Source: Halorutilales archaeon Cl-col2-1
Lineage (GTDB): Archaea; Halobacteriota; Halobacteria; Halobacteriales; Afararchaeaceae
Reading direction: 5' to 3'
NCBI GenBank assembly: GCA_041891055.1
Contig: CP169074.1
Span: forward strand, 736,001 to 800,000
DNA: 64,000 bases
A program made the translations under genes and the position numbers. The notes under the pieces were generated by a model. The model did no database searches, had not been told where the DNA came from, and worked only from the letters and a program-made list of their open reading frames with translations. Numbering within the stretch: position 1 is the first letter of the stretch; the number at the start of each line of letters is the position of its first letter. Below are positions 39,364 to 49,891 of the stretch, piece by piece.

Positions 39364-40144
39364 GATAACAAAGTTCGAGACACGGAGACGTCTCCGAGGT
39401 ACCCTGACGTTTACGGCTTTCATGGGATTTTACATAGCCCTCGTTGTGGCTATATTTCCGTCGCTCGAAGAGGCGGGTCTGTCAGAGATATACGGGAGCC
39501 TACCCGAGGATCTCACGACTTCATTCATAGGCGACTTCTCGATAACCGACATAGAGGGTTACCTCGTCGTTGAGCTATACCAGGTTGGATGGCTCCTACT
39601 CCTGGGTGTCTACTTCGCGTACTCTGCGGCGTCGTCGGTAGCCGGGGAGGTCGAGAAAGGGTCTGTCGACCTACTCCTGTCACATCCCGTCTCACGGTCA
39701 CGTGTCGTGGTAGGCAAGTTCGTCTCGGTGGTTCCGTCGATAGCCACGGTGTCTTTCCTGACGTATATCGGAGTCTATCTCGGTGTCAGAGCCATAGACG
39801 AGACCGTCGACGCGGCTGATCTTTTTGTCCTCCACTCAGTCTCTGTCTTCTACCTCTCGGCGTGTGCGTCGCTGGGACTTCTCTTCTCGGTCGTCTTCGA
39901 CGAGGCGAGGAAGGCACAGATGGCTGCTATCGGCGGCGTATTTGGGATGTTCCTCGTCGAGACACTGACGGTAAACACCGACTACGACTGGATAGGCGAC
40001 CTCACCTTCGCACGGTACTTCGACCCGGGGGAGATACTCATCGCGGAGGAGATAAGCACCTCCGACATAGGGGTTCTGGTGGCTTCGACTGTGGCTCTAG
40101 TGGTAGTCAGCGCCGAGATATTCGAGAGAAAGGACGTGACCTAG
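39347..40144 (+). CDS. ABC-2 type permease
   Basis: Six TM segments, AGEVEKGSVDLLLSHPVSR, FERKDV. Confidence 0.9.
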   Translation: MKTVFEITKFETRRRLRGTLTFTAFMGFYIALVVAIFPSLEEAGLSEIYGSLPEDLTTSFIGDFSITDIEGYLVVELYQVGWLLLLGVYFAYSAASSVAGEVEKGSVDLLLSHPVSRSRVVVGKFVSVVPSIATVSFLTYIGVYLGVRAIDETVDAADLFVLHSVSVFYLSACASLGLLFSVVFDEARKAQMAAIGGVFGMFLVETLTVNTDYDWIGDLTFARYFDPGEILIAEEISTSDIGVLVASTVALVVVSAEIFERKDVT

Positions 40145-40215
40145 CCGTCGGTGGGAATCGAACCCACGGCCTAGTGCTTACGAAGCACTCGCTCTGCCGA
40201 CTGAGCTACGACGGC
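40143..40215 (-). tRNA. tRNA-Thr(CGT)
   Basis: Reverse complement folds as a cloverleaf: acceptor GCCGTCG/CGACGGC, anticodon arm AGTGC-TTCGTAA-GCACT, T-loop GTTCGATTC; no encoded CCA. Confidence 0.96.
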
Positions 40216-40326
40216 GCGTAGTCTTGGATAGACTGTTTTGTTTATTAATCCTTCCGGTTGAAGACCCGAAGCGACGCCCGTGTACGAGTATTACAGATTT
40301 ATTACGGTGGGCGAGAAGATAGACGT

Positions 40327-41247
40327 ATGGGTACGAGTATGAGAGACAGCGCGAGAACTGCAGTCGAGGACTGCCTCGACGTCAGAGAGGGGGAGACCGT
40401 CTTAGTAGTCACAGACTCAGAGAGGAGAGAGATAGGAAGAGCGATACACGACGTCGCCTCGGATATTACCGAGACAGTCTACGCCGAGATCGGGGTCGAC
40501 GAGAGACACGGAGAGGAGCCTCTCGCGCCCGTTACTGCGGCTATGAGGGAAAGCGACGTCGTTTTCGTCCCCACGACGAGGAGCCTGACACATACGGAGG
40601 CACGGAAGGAGGCGTGCGAGTCGGGTGCACGTGTCGCGACGCTTCCGAGTATCACGCGTGAGGTGATGGAAGGTGCTATGAGAGCCGACTACTACGGGAT
40701 ACAGGAGAGAGCCGAGGATCTACTTGGTAGGCTCGAAGGCTCCGAGACAGTCCGTATAGAGTCCGACCTCGGAACCGACCTCAGACTCGAATTAGGCGAG
40801 AGGGACTGGCATCCTGACACGGGGATATGTCACGACTCGGGCTGCGTGACCAACCTCCCCGCGGGAGAGGTCTACATAGCCCCCGTATCGGGAGACGGCA
40901 GGCTCGTAGTCGACGGCTCTATGTCGAGCGTCGGCGTCGTCGACGAGCCGATAGAGATAGAGTTCGAGGACGGAAGAGCCGTGGGTATATCCGACGACGA
41001 CCTGAGGGAGACAGTCGACGAAGCCGGAGACTGCGGTCGCCATCTCGCCGAACTAGGAATCGGTCTCAACCCCGAGGCAGAACTCATAGGAAACGTACTA
41101 CAGGACGAGAAGGCTCTCGGTACTATACACGTCGCAGTCGGGGACGACACCGGCTTTGGCGGCGACAACGACTGCGGTCTCCATCTCGACGGCGTCGTGA
41201 CACAGCCACGTGTCGAGGTAGACGGCAAGACGCTCGAACTCGAATAG
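40327..41247 (+). CDS. Aminopeptidase (peptidase M29/AmpS-like)
   Basis: NLPAGEV, AELGIG, DEK, HVAVG, HLD; ATG 40327. Confidence 0.88.
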   Translation: MGTSMRDSARTAVEDCLDVREGETVLVVTDSERREIGRAIHDVASDITETVYAEIGVDERHGEEPLAPVTAAMRESDVVFVPTTRSLTHTEARKEACESGARVATLPSITREVMEGAMRADYYGIQERAEDLLGRLEGSETVRIESDLGTDLRLELGERDWHPDTGICHDSGCVTNLPAGEVYIAPVSGDGRLVVDGSMSSVGVVDEPIEIEFEDGRAVGISDDDLRETVDEAGDCGRHLAELGIGLNPEAELIGNVLQDEKALGTIHVAVGDDTGFGGDNDCGLHLDGVVTQPRVEVDGKTLELE

Positions 41248-41297
41248 CCGTACTGTGCTTCGGTTTCTTAATAAGTCCCGCGCTCTTACTCAGACAT

Positions 41298-41588
41298 ATG
41301 TCAGACGGAAACGGAGGCAGTAACCTGAGACTTCCCGACGACGACGAGGTTCTCTGTGTAGTAGAGTCGATGCTAGGGGACAACCGTGTCAAGGTCAGAT
41401 GTACTGACGGGAAGAAACGGACGGCACGTATTCCGGGAAGGATGAGAAAACGCGTATGGATACGTGAGGGCGATGTCGTGATAGTTGAGCCCTGGGACTG
41501 GCAGGACGAGAAGGGCGACGTCGAGTGGCGGTACAACGAGCAGCAGGCAGATGAACTCCGCGAGAGAGGCTATCTCGAAGGGACTTAG
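41298..41588 (+). CDS. eif1a: Translation initiation factor 1A
   Basis: [32 protein letters not shown]; true start is ATG 41298 within a longer track ORF. Confidence 0.95.
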   Translation: MSDGNGGSNLRLPDDDEVLCVVESMLGDNRVKVRCTDGKKRTARIPGRMRKRVWIREGDVVIVEPWDWQDEKGDVEWRYNEQQADELRERGYLEGT

Positions 41589-41600
41589 TCGACGGACAGG

Positions 41601-42587
41601 ATGACAACGTCCGAGATACGAAGCCTCGAAGAAACCTTCGAGTACGACAGAGCACTCGTCTTCGGAATCGGAGGAGGGGGAGACGTAGTCGGCACGGTTC
41701 CGACGGCACGCCTCCTCGAACTCCACGGCGTCGAGACGGTGATAGGAGGTCTAGCGTGGGAACGTGTTCCCCACGACCCGAAGCCGGGTCCAAGGAGCTT
41801 CGACGAGATTGAGGGGATCGATAGGGTTAGCTCGACAGTCGGACTCGTGACACCTGAGACACGCACCGACGACAAACACGGTGTCGAGTTCACAGAGACC
41901 CGCCTCGCGAAGTTCTACTCGTCGGAGTCAGATGAATACAGAGACAGTGACAGAGACTGCTTCGACGTCGCTCTGATAGACATTACAGAGGGGGTCGATG
42001 CGGTAACCAAGGGGATAGACGAGTTCTGTGACTCCCTCGGCGTAGACCTCGTGGTCGGAACCGACTCGGGCGGTGACGCTCTCGCAGTCGGAGACGAGGA
42101 AGGTCTCAAGAGTCCGATAGCCGACAGCTTCAGCACTCTATCTCTCGTCGAATCAGAGGTCGACTCCCTCTTAGGAGTCTTCGGATACGGAAGTGACGGC
42201 GAGCTGAGTCTCGACGAGCTAGACGCGGGCGTCGAAAGGGCGGCTGAGAGAGACGGTCTCGTCGGATCCTGGGGACTGAGTCGAAACACAGTCGACGAGA
42301 TGGACAGAGTCCTCGAATACGTCAACACCGAAGCGAGCCGTCTCCCGGTCGAGGCGGCGAAAGGTAACCTCGGAACGAGGGAGATACGCCGGGGTACTCG
42401 GGAAGTCGAGATGACACCCGCGAGCACTGTGACATTCTACTTCCGTCCGTCTTCGGTCGCCACGACCTCGGGAGGTGTCTCAGCAGTGAGGTCGACGTCG
42501 AGTTTCGACGAAGCAGTCGAATCGCTCAGGCGGGAGGGATTCACGACAGAGATCGACTTGGAGAAAGAGAAGGCGAGACGTCTCTGA
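41601..42587 (+). CDS. DUF1152 domain protein
   Basis: GIGGGGD, DSGGD, SPIAD, GYGSDGEL. Confidence 0.82.
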   Translation: MTTSEIRSLEETFEYDRALVFGIGGGGDVVGTVPTARLLELHGVETVIGGLAWERVPHDPKPGPRSFDEIEGIDRVSSTVGLVTPETRTDDKHGVEFTETRLAKFYSSESDEYRDSDRDCFDVALIDITEGVDAVTKGIDEFCDSLGVDLVVGTDSGGDALAVGDEEGLKSPIADSFSTLSLVESEVDSLLGVFGYGSDGELSLDELDAGVERAAERDGLVGSWGLSRNTVDEMDRVLEYVNTEASRLPVEAAKGNLGTREIRRGTREVEMTPASTVTFYFRPSSVATTSGGVSAVRSTSSFDEAVESLRREGFTTEIDLEKEKARRL

Positions 42588-42649
42588 TCCTGAGTTATCA
42601 GCGATAGATTCAAGTTGATCGAATATATCCTATTAATGAGGGTTTAAGC

Positions 42650-43057
42650 TTGAGTCTCGAAATATCTGGCAAGCTCCTGTCTCTATTCAGTTCGCGCGTC
42701 GAGGAAAAGGACGGCTCTTACGTCGTTGAGATACCCGAGTCCGAGATAGACGAAGGGACTATCTCGGAGGAGGGCGTCTACCGTATAGGAGTCATCGCCT
42801 CCGAGGAAGACAAAGAGGAGACGACACACGGGGAAGAAGAGGAGAGCCGTCTGCAGCCTCCCGTAGAGGAGGGTGAGATTCGGTTCGTCGAGATAGAGGA
42901 CATAGGGAAACAGGGGGACGGCATAGCAAGAGTTGAGAGGGGATACGTAATAATAGTTCCCGAGACCGACGTCGGAGACCGTGTCAAGGTCGAGATAGAG
43001 GAAGTCAAGGAGAACTTCGCAGTCGCCGAGGTTCTCGAAGAGGAGAGCTTCGAGTAA
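42650..43057 (+). CDS. TRAM domain protein
   Basis: PPVEEG...IEDIGKQGDGIARVERGYVIIVP; TTG start. Confidence 0.9.
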   Translation: MSLEISGKLLSLFSSRVEEKDGSYVVEIPESEIDEGTISEEGVYRIGVIASEEDKEETTHGEEEESRLQPPVEEGEIRFVEIEDIGKQGDGIARVERGYVIIVPETDVGDRVKVEIEEVKENFAVAEVLEEESFE

Positions 43058-43153
43058 GACAGCGCCACCGGCGTCTACCTAACCTAAGACGTCTGCGGGT
43101 TCGGGTCAAAGAACAACTATTATAACCCTTCTGCGACTCAGTTGTAGATGTAA

Positions 43154-43237
43154 GCCGGGGTAGTCTAGTCTGGTAAGGCGCCGGCCTCGAGAGCCGGTGG
43201 GTGCAAGCCCACGGGGGTTCAAATCCCTCCCCCGGCG
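43154..43237 (+). tRNA. tRNA-Ser(CGA)
   Basis: Acceptor GCCGGGG/CCCCGGC, anticodon arm CCGGC-CTCGAGA-GCCGG, long variable arm, GTTCAAATC; upstream TTATAA box. Confidence 0.96.
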
Positions 43238-43254
43238 TTTCCTTCTAAAATTAC

Positions 43255-43518
43255 ATGACCGAGCTAAAGATAGGAGACAGGATTACCTACTACGACGGCG
43301 ACGGTGAGCCCCACGAAGCCCTCGTGACGCAGATACACGACACCGTCCCGAGCAAGCCTCCTATGGTGGACTGTGTGCGTCAGAAGGAAGGCGAGTTCTC
43401 CGACTCCTCGTACGGTCAGAGTCTGATACACGAGAAGACCGTAGAACACGTCTCTGTTCCAAAGGCTCGACATCCTCCGAGAGCCCACTCGTACGACATA
43501 GGCTGGGACGCCAAGTAG
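43255..43518 (+). CDS. Hypothetical protein, SH3-like beta fold suspected
   Basis: 87-aa ORF with host-like codon usage; LKIGDRITYYDGDG...EALVTQI. Confidence 0.6.
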   Translation: MTELKIGDRITYYDGDGEPHEALVTQIHDTVPSKPPMVDCVRQKEGEFSDSSYGQSLIHEKTVEHVSVPKARHPPRAHSYDIGWDAK

Positions 43519-43521
43519 AAT

Positions 43522-44136
43522 CTAAGAGCTTCCCGACTCGTTTATGTACTTGTTGTTGCGCCAGTTCTTCTCCCCACCCGATTCCTCGGAACCCGACTCT
43601 CCGACGACCTTAACGGATGCGGGTCTCTCTTCGCCGTCTACGACACGTACGGGCGTAAGCTCCCCATCTACGACCGTGACAGCCGTCAGTTTTCCCTCAG
43701 TGTCATCCAAGAGAGCAAGGTTTCTCAGCATGAGGAACATCTCATACTCAAGTGAAGTGTTCTGAAGGACGGTTCCGATGCCTCCACGGAAACGTACGAA
43801 CTCGACGGGCTCGGGCTCCTCCTCGTCCTCGTCTTCTTCTGTCTGAGGCTTCTTTCCCCATCTCCTACCCTCGTCCTCGTCGTCGTCGGAGACTATCCTC
43901 TCAACGACTGACGCCTTGATCTGAGCCGTGGGTGTGTACTTGCTTATCTCGTCGTCGTCGGAGACTCCCTGTATTATGAGCTTGGTGTTCCGACGTTCGA
44001 GGTCGACATCGTCTATCCCATCGGGGAGATAAGGGTCTTCGAAGTACTCCTCGACGTCTTCAAGACGGATCTCGAAGTTCGAGTCTATCTGAAAGACACG
44101 TCCCTGTGGGTCGTCGGGGTCTGAAGACTTAGTCAC
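43522..44136 (-). CDS. Conserved haloarchaeal hypothetical protein
   Basis: GRVF...SKYTPTAQIKASV...VLQNT; likely GTG start at 44136. Confidence 0.7.
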   Translation of the reverse strand: MTKSSDPDDPQGRVFQIDSNFEIRLEDVEEYFEDPYLPDGIDDVDLERRNTKLIIQGVSDDDEISKYTPTAQIKASVVERIVSDDDEDEGRRWGKKPQTEEDEDEEEPEPVEFVRFRGGIGTVLQNTSLEYEMFLMLRNLALLDDTEGKLTAVTVVDGELTPVRVVDGEERPASVKVVGESGSEESGGEKNWRNNKYINESGSS

Positions 44137-44398
44137 ACATAAGATAAGAGCCGCTTTCTTATAAGGATTACAGGATAAGTCGCGTCTTAGTCTGTGTCGC
44201 GGTGTGAGTGGTTTCAGAACCCCCAACTTAAGAAGTCCTCAATACGAAGGTGTTTGTCGATACGAGTCAGAATACCAAAACCGTTCAGTATATTTATATA
44301 TGTGGCGACAGTCCTGTTACGTTATGTGCGGAGGTCACACGGAACAACGCCTCACGGAACGCCAAAAAGACGTATGACTAACTAATCTACTGAAGACT

Positions 44399-45532
44399 AT
44401 GGGACGGAGAAAGATAGACGACTACAACGAGTTCTTCCGGAAGGTTCTCGAAAACATCGGCGTCGGTGTGGGTGTCTACTCCGAGAACGGGTACATAGAG
44501 TACGCCAACCGCCATTACGCCGAGATGTTGGGTCTCGAAAGGAACGAGATACTCGACAAGCCGATCTGGGAGATAAACCCCGAAGTAGACCCCGAGAAGA
44601 TAGACGAGTACTGGGGGTCGTTCGAGGAAGGAGAGACACGTGTGAGACAGACGGTTCACGAGAAGAAAGACGGCTCAGTCTTCCCTGTCGAGGTCAACAC
44701 GAAATGTATAAGGATAGGTGAGAATGTCTACCACGCCGGGACTATAAAGGACATAACCCAGCGCGTCAAGAACGAGGAGAGATCCGAGATACTCAGCCGC
44801 GTCCTGAGACACGACCTCAAGAACCGTCTCACTGTAATAGAAGGCTATGTCGACCTCGTGAGATCTAGTGTCGACGAGGAAGAGGTGGCTCCCGAGATAG
44901 AAGAGTACCTGAAGAAGTCGAAGGAGGAGATAGCGAGGCTCGACAACAAGTCGAGATCCACACGTAGATTACAGGAGGTCGTCAAGGAAGATGACACGAG
45001 GTACTCGGTCGACCTCGGGAGTCTCCTCGAAAAAGCCGCCGAGAAAGCCAGGGATAGGTTCGAGGACGCCGAGTCGAGTCCCGAGATACGTCTGAGTCTC
45101 CCAGCTTCCGAAGACGAGGGCGAGGACGAGGAAGACGACGGAGTAAGTTCAGAAGACACGTCGGAGACAGCCGAGAACTCCGACAAAGACGGAGTACACG
45201 TAGTCACGAACGGCTACCTCGGGCAAGCCGTCTCCCAGATACTCGACAATGCCGTGATACACAACGACACCGAGAACCCCGTCGTCGAGGTGGCTGTCGA
45301 GGACGACGACTCGTACGCCACTGTCAGGATAGACGACAACGGACCCGGGATTCCCTACGAAGAGAGGGATCTTATCTTCGGACGTGAGGAGAAAGACGAC
45401 CTACACCACGGTGAGGGAATGGGTCTCTTCTTCGTAGACGAGGTCGTCGGCAGTCTCAACGGAGATGTCTGGGTCGAGGACAGCAGTCTCGGAGGCTCGT
45501 CATTCAAGATTCGGATTCCGAAACACGTCTAA
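44399..45532 (+). CDS. Cytoplasmic PAS sensor histidine kinase
   Basis: PAS (YANRH...KKDGSVFPVEV), RHDLKN, NAVIHND, DNGPGI, GMGL. Confidence 0.9.
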   Translation: MGRRKIDDYNEFFRKVLENIGVGVGVYSENGYIEYANRHYAEMLGLERNEILDKPIWEINPEVDPEKIDEYWGSFEEGETRVRQTVHEKKDGSVFPVEVNTKCIRIGENVYHAGTIKDITQRVKNEERSEILSRVLRHDLKNRLTVIEGYVDLVRSSVDEEEVAPEIEEYLKKSKEEIARLDNKSRSTRRLQEVVKEDDTRYSVDLGSLLEKAAEKARDRFEDAESSPEIRLSLPASEDEGEDEEDDGVSSEDTSETAENSDKDGVHVVTNGYLGQAVSQILDNAVIHNDTENPVVEVAVEDDDSYATVRIDDNGPGIPYEERDLIFGREEKDDLHHGEGMGLFFVDEVVGSLNGDVWVEDSSLGGSSFKIRIPKHV

Positions 45533-46940
45533 GACCCACGTCGAACTCGAACCTCGCGCCGCCGTCTTCGCTCTCGGATATACTGACTTCCCAGCCGTGG
45601 GCGTCGGCTATACGTTTGACGACTGAGAGTCCGAGTCCCGTACCTGTCTCCGAGGTCGTGTATCCCGACTCAAGCACCTCGTCACGTTCGTCCTCGGGAA
45701 TCCCCTCACCGTCGTCCTCGACGTAGAAGCCGCCGTCGGTGGCTCCGACGCGGACAGTAACGTCGTCTCCTCCGTGTTCGACCGAGTTCCTAAATAGGTT
45801 CTCCAGAAGACGTATCAGCCTGTCCCTGTCGGCGTCTATCTCGACCGAGTCTACGACTTCGATCTGGGCGTCCTCGTCGGAGAACTCTATGTGTTCCCAC
45901 GCAGTCCGGGCGTCGTCGCCGAGGCTCCGTGTCGCGGTTACGTCTATCTCACCGTCCTGTCTCGCCATACGCAGGACGTCCTCGATTATGCCCTCCATCC
46001 TGTCGAGCGAGTCCTGGACGTTTTCGAGGCAGTCCTCCCTGTCGTCGCCGTTGCCACACAGAACGACTTCGAGGTATCCCTCGGCTACGTTGAGAGGGTT
46101 TCTGAGGTCGTGTGAGACTACCTCCGCGAACTCCTCGAGACGCTCGTTCTGGCGTTCGAGCTCCCTCTCCATCTCCTTACGCTCGGTTATGTCGTTGTTT
46201 ATTGCTACGAGACGTTCTATCTCCCCTTCGTCATTGAGTATAGGAGCTATCGTCTGTTCTATGTGGTAGGTCTCACCGTCCTTCCTCTGGTTGACTATCT
46301 CGCCCTCCCAGACCTCGCCCGACAGCACCGTATTCCAGAGGTCGTTGTAGAAGTCGTCGTCGTGTCTCCCCGACTTGAGTATGCTCGGTCTCTCTCCCAG
46401 AACCTCGTCTTCCGAGTACCCTGTGAGGCTCTCGAACTCGGGGTTGACGTACTCTATTACGCCGTCGGTGTCTGTTATGAGTATCGCGTGTCCCGCGTTC
46501 TCGACGGCACTCTTGAAACTACGTAGCTCTTCCCGGTCTCGTCTGAGACGTGAGTCGTAGAGTCCTATCACGCCGCCGCCTATCGCGCCCGCCTGGCTGA
46601 GGAGAACCATGTCGTTGTACGAGTGGACGGGAGACAAGCCATGTATCATCTGCTGCCAGATGATCACGAGAGCCGAGACAAAGCCGAAGACTCCTCCGAG
46701 TAATATCCATCCCGCGAGACGTACTCGGCAGCTAAATCCCCAGTCCCGAACGAGGTAAGCCGCGAGGGGAAAGCCGATGAGACCCGCTGCCATCGGAAGA
46801 GCGTCTATGACGATAACTGTCAGGAGTCCGGTGTAAGACATCTGGAGAAAATGGTAGAGGTTGACGAAGAAGACCGTGAGTCCTAATCCCGTTATCGTCG
46901 CCTCGGGAAGCCTATGGATAACGCCTCGTCTCTCCGACAT
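45504..46940 (-). CDS. Membrane PAS sensor histidine kinase
   Basis: Four TM segments, PAS (YVNPEF...RKDGETY), SHDLRNPL, HATPase; ATG 46940. Confidence 0.9.
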   Translation of the reverse strand: MSERRGVIHRLPEATITGLGLTVFFVNLYHFLQMSYTGLLTVIVIDALPMAAGLIGFPLAAYLVRDWGFSCRVRLAGWILLGGVFGFVSALVIIWQQMIHGLSPVHSYNDMVLLSQAGAIGGGVIGLYDSRLRRDREELRSFKSAVENAGHAILITDTDGVIEYVNPEFESLTGYSEDEVLGERPSILKSGRHDDDFYNDLWNTVLSGEVWEGEIVNQRKDGETYHIEQTIAPILNDEGEIERLVAINNDITERKEMERELERQNERLEEFAEVVSHDLRNPLNVAEGYLEVVLCGNGDDREDCLENVQDSLDRMEGIIEDVLRMARQDGEIDVTATRSLGDDARTAWEHIEFSDEDAQIEVVDSVEIDADRDRLIRLLENLFRNSVEHGGDDVTVRVGATDGGFYVEDDGEGIPEDERDEVLESGYTTSETGTGLGLSVVKRIADAHGWEVSISESEDGGARFEFDVGLRRVSESES

Positions 46941-47009
46941 TCTTATAACGTAACAATGTTTGGAATCATACATAAAACATTACCTCCAAACGGGACAGAC
47001 GAACAAGAC

Positions 47010-47645
47010 ATGTCAGAGGACACATTAAAAGGGTCAGAAGACCCCAGGAAAGGGACGGAGAACGGTACAGAGAAAGAGACGCGAGACACACGTCTAAAGC
47101 CGGGGGATATAGTCATCGACTCTGAGGGAGGGGACGACGAGGCGGTGGTTCTACATACACCCGGGATGACAGTCGACGAATGGGAGGTCACCGACTCCGA
47201 GACGGTAGCCGACCACAACCCCGACTACTCGGAGAACGAGGACGTCGTGATCACCGCCTTCATAGAGGGCGACGGTGTCACCGGAATGGAAGCATGGGAA
47301 GGCTGGAGGGAAGCCGACGCTTACAGTCTCTTCGACGGCGCTATCGAGAAGGGGGTGAAGTTCTACGCCTTCCCCGAGTCACGTCTCGAAGCAGTCGGGG
47401 AGAACGCCCTCGAAGACGGAGACACGACGGAAGCCGACGGTAACGTAGACGAGACGGGGAGTACTTTGGAGGAGATACATTCAGGGCTCGTAGAACAGGG
47501 CTGGAACACCGCCGAGATAGACGACGAGAGACAAGTCGTCGTGGTCGAGAAGTTCGGTGAGTACGTGATCCATCCCGACGGAACCGTAGACGGTGACGGC
47601 ACCCTCCGTGAGAAGCTCGAACTCGCGGTTGATGGGATACTCTGA
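47010..47645 (+). CDS. Conserved haloarchaeal hypothetical protein
   Basis: PGDIVID...TVADHNPDY...YAFPESRL; ATG 47010. Confidence 0.7.
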   Translation: MSEDTLKGSEDPRKGTENGTEKETRDTRLKPGDIVIDSEGGDDEAVVLHTPGMTVDEWEVTDSETVADHNPDYSENEDVVITAFIEGDGVTGMEAWEGWREADAYSLFDGAIEKGVKFYAFPESRLEAVGENALEDGDTTEADGNVDETGSTLEEIHSGLVEQGWNTAEIDDERQVVVVEKFGEYVIHPDGTVDGDGTLREKLELAVDGIL

Positions 47646-47681
47646 CCATACTCTTTTCGGGAAGGCGGTAGAAATCCCATT

Positions 47682-48812
47682 ATGGAAACCCCCGAGAAAG
47701 CAGACTCCTACGCCGAGAAGCTGAACCTCTCGGAGTCGGAGTTCGAGGAGGTCGTCGACAGCTTCAGTCAGAGGAGCCACAGCGGAAAGGACTACTACTA
47801 CCACCCCGACTACACGACGAAGATAGAACGCGGAACAGTCCTCATAGACGGAGAAGTCGTGAGAGGCTTCCCGAAGATACCACGGACTCTAGTACTCGAA
47901 GAGGGAGTCCCGAGATACTTCGATGACACCGTACTGGTCGAGGAGAAGATGAATGGATACAACACACGCGTCGTGAGGCTTGAAGACCTGGGTGTCATGG
48001 CTTTCACCCGTGGCGGCATCATCTGTCCGTTTACGACACACAAGGTCGAGAAATGGCTCGACCTCGGCTCCTTCTTCGACGACCATCCCGACAAGATGTT
48101 GTGCGGAGAGATGGCGGGGAAGGAAAACCCCTACACAGCACACGACTACTCGGACATAGAGTCGTTGGAGTTCCTCGCATTCGACGTCCGTGACCGGGAG
48201 TCAGGAGAGTCGCTCGAAGTCGACGAGAGACGAGAACTGTGTGAGAGCTACGGCTTCCCCCAGGTGTCTTTCAAGGGCGAGTTCGACGCCGACGAGACCG
48301 ACGCGATAAAGGAGGTGATAGACAGACTCGACTCAGAAGGCAGGGAGGGGGTAGTTATGAAGTCGAGGGACGTCACCAACCAGCTCAAGTACACGACCTC
48401 AGCCGCGAATCAAGGCGACCTATCTTACGCTTTCTCCCTCCCGTTCGACTACGGACAGGACTTCATGTTCAGACGTATAGTACGTGAGGCATTCCAGGCG
48501 GTCGAGTGGGACGAGGACGGCGAAGAGGTCGAGGAGAGAGCCGACAGGCTCGGCGAAGCCGTCCTCGGATCGATGGTAGACGCAGTACACGAGGTCGAGG
48601 CGGACGAGAACATAGGCGAGCGCCACACCGTGAGAGGCGAGCCCGACGTAATCGAGGATCTACTCGACCACATACGTGACATGGGTGTCCATCTGATCAC
48701 CGAGAGGGACGAGGAGAACGACGGTGAACGCGTCGTGACATTCGTGAAGAAGATGCAGTCGACTAAGGACAAGACGGAGTCGTACCTCGAGGGTCAGATA
48801 GTCAGGGAGTGA
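47682..48812 (+). CDS. ATP-dependent RNA ligase (Pab1020/Rnl3 family)
   Basis: RGFPKIPR, motif I EEKMNGYN, FTRGG, CGE, FDV, EGVVMK, KY. Confidence 0.93.
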   Translation: METPEKADSYAEKLNLSESEFEEVVDSFSQRSHSGKDYYYHPDYTTKIERGTVLIDGEVVRGFPKIPRTLVLEEGVPRYFDDTVLVEEKMNGYNTRVVRLEDLGVMAFTRGGIICPFTTHKVEKWLDLGSFFDDHPDKMLCGEMAGKENPYTAHDYSDIESLEFLAFDVRDRESGESLEVDERRELCESYGFPQVSFKGEFDADETDAIKEVIDRLDSEGREGVVMKSRDVTNQLKYTTSAANQGDLSYAFSLPFDYGQDFMFRRIVREAFQAVEWDEDGEEVEERADRLGEAVLGSMVDAVHEVEADENIGERHTVRGEPDVIEDLLDHIRDMGVHLITERDEENDGERVVTFVKKMQSTKDKTESYLEGQIVRE

Positions 48813-48816
48813 TCAG

Positions 48817-49824
48817 TCAGTCGTAGAGGGGGAGACGTATACTGAACTTCGCACCACCGTACAGATCCGAATTGCCCGCCTCGACCTCGCCTCCGTACGA
48901 CTCGACCACACGTCTGACGAGGTAGAGTCCGATTCCCGTCGAACCCGTCTCGTCGTCCTTGACCCCTCTCTCGAAGAGATGTCTCTTAACCTCGTCGGGT
49001 ATTCCCTCGCCGTTGTCCTCGACAGTAAGGAGAGCCTCGTCGTCGCACTCACACGTCTCGACAGTGACACCTACTCGGAGTTCGTCGGATTCGAGACGCG
49101 AGTGTTCAACCGAGTTCTTGAGGAGGTTGTCGAGAACCGAGACGAGCATATCGTTCGCTCTCACGTAGACTGTCTCGTCGGGGAGACGTGTCTCGACATC
49201 GACGTCGTGTCCGAAGCTCTCGACCGACTCCCGAACTAGACGGTTGAGATCGGTCTTCTCAGTCTCGGTTCCCTGGGAGAGGTGTGCGAGGTTTCTGACC
49301 TCCTCCAGGAGCTCCTCACTCCTCACGGCACTCTCGTATGCTCTCCTCACCGACTCAGACTCCTCCCCGACATCTTCTTCGAGACGGATCGTCTGTGTCC
49401 CCTTGATGACGCTGAGGTAGTTGCGGAGGTCGTGTGTGAGCATGTCTATGAGGAAGCTGTAATCGCCTGCTATACGTACCATTCCGCTCAGACAAGATCC
49501 GAATGTCGTGAGGAGCTCGACGTCGGTCTCATCGAGCCTCTCCGACTCGGCGACCTCAATTACGAGAACCTTCCTGACCTCTCTGTCGATCTCAAGAGGG
49601 ACAGCCACGTTTGTGTTGTCGTCCCCGACTGTGACATCACATCTCTCTACCGAGTCGACTGCGAGACTCTCGGGGGGAGAGTCGGCGTCTCGGTAGCCTC
49701 TCACGACTGAGAGTTCGAGACGGTTATCCTCGACCTCGACAACGTCGAATACAGCCATCCGTTCGTAGCCAAGACAGTCGTAGATCGTGTCAAAGACGGG
49801 TGAGACGCCTTTTTGTGATGACAT
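48817..49824 (-). CDS. GAF-like sensor histidine kinase
   Basis: THDLRN, NLLKNSVEH, DNGEGI, STGIGL; ATG 49824. Confidence 0.85.
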   Translation of the reverse strand: MSSQKGVSPVFDTIYDCLGYERMAVFDVVEVEDNRLELSVVRGYRDADSPPESLAVDSVERCDVTVGDDNTNVAVPLEIDREVRKVLVIEVAESERLDETDVELLTTFGSCLSGMVRIAGDYSFLIDMLTHDLRNYLSVIKGTQTIRLEEDVGEESESVRRAYESAVRSEELLEEVRNLAHLSQGTETEKTDLNRLVRESVESFGHDVDVETRLPDETVYVRANDMLVSVLDNLLKNSVEHSRLESDELRVGVTVETCECDDEALLTVEDNGEGIPDEVKRHLFERGVKDDETGSTGIGLYLVRRVVESYGGEVEAGNSDLYGGAKFSIRLPLYD

Positions 49825-49891
49825 ACAGAGTATAAACTTATGTTCCATCCGTGTATATAGTTATTTGGCTCTAGGTTTACAAGGACGTAAC

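Noticed and set aside
40827-41297. Long N-terminal extension of eIF1A in the ORF track
   Set aside because: Arg-rich shadow frame of the aminopeptidase; a TTAATAA box precedes ATG 41298
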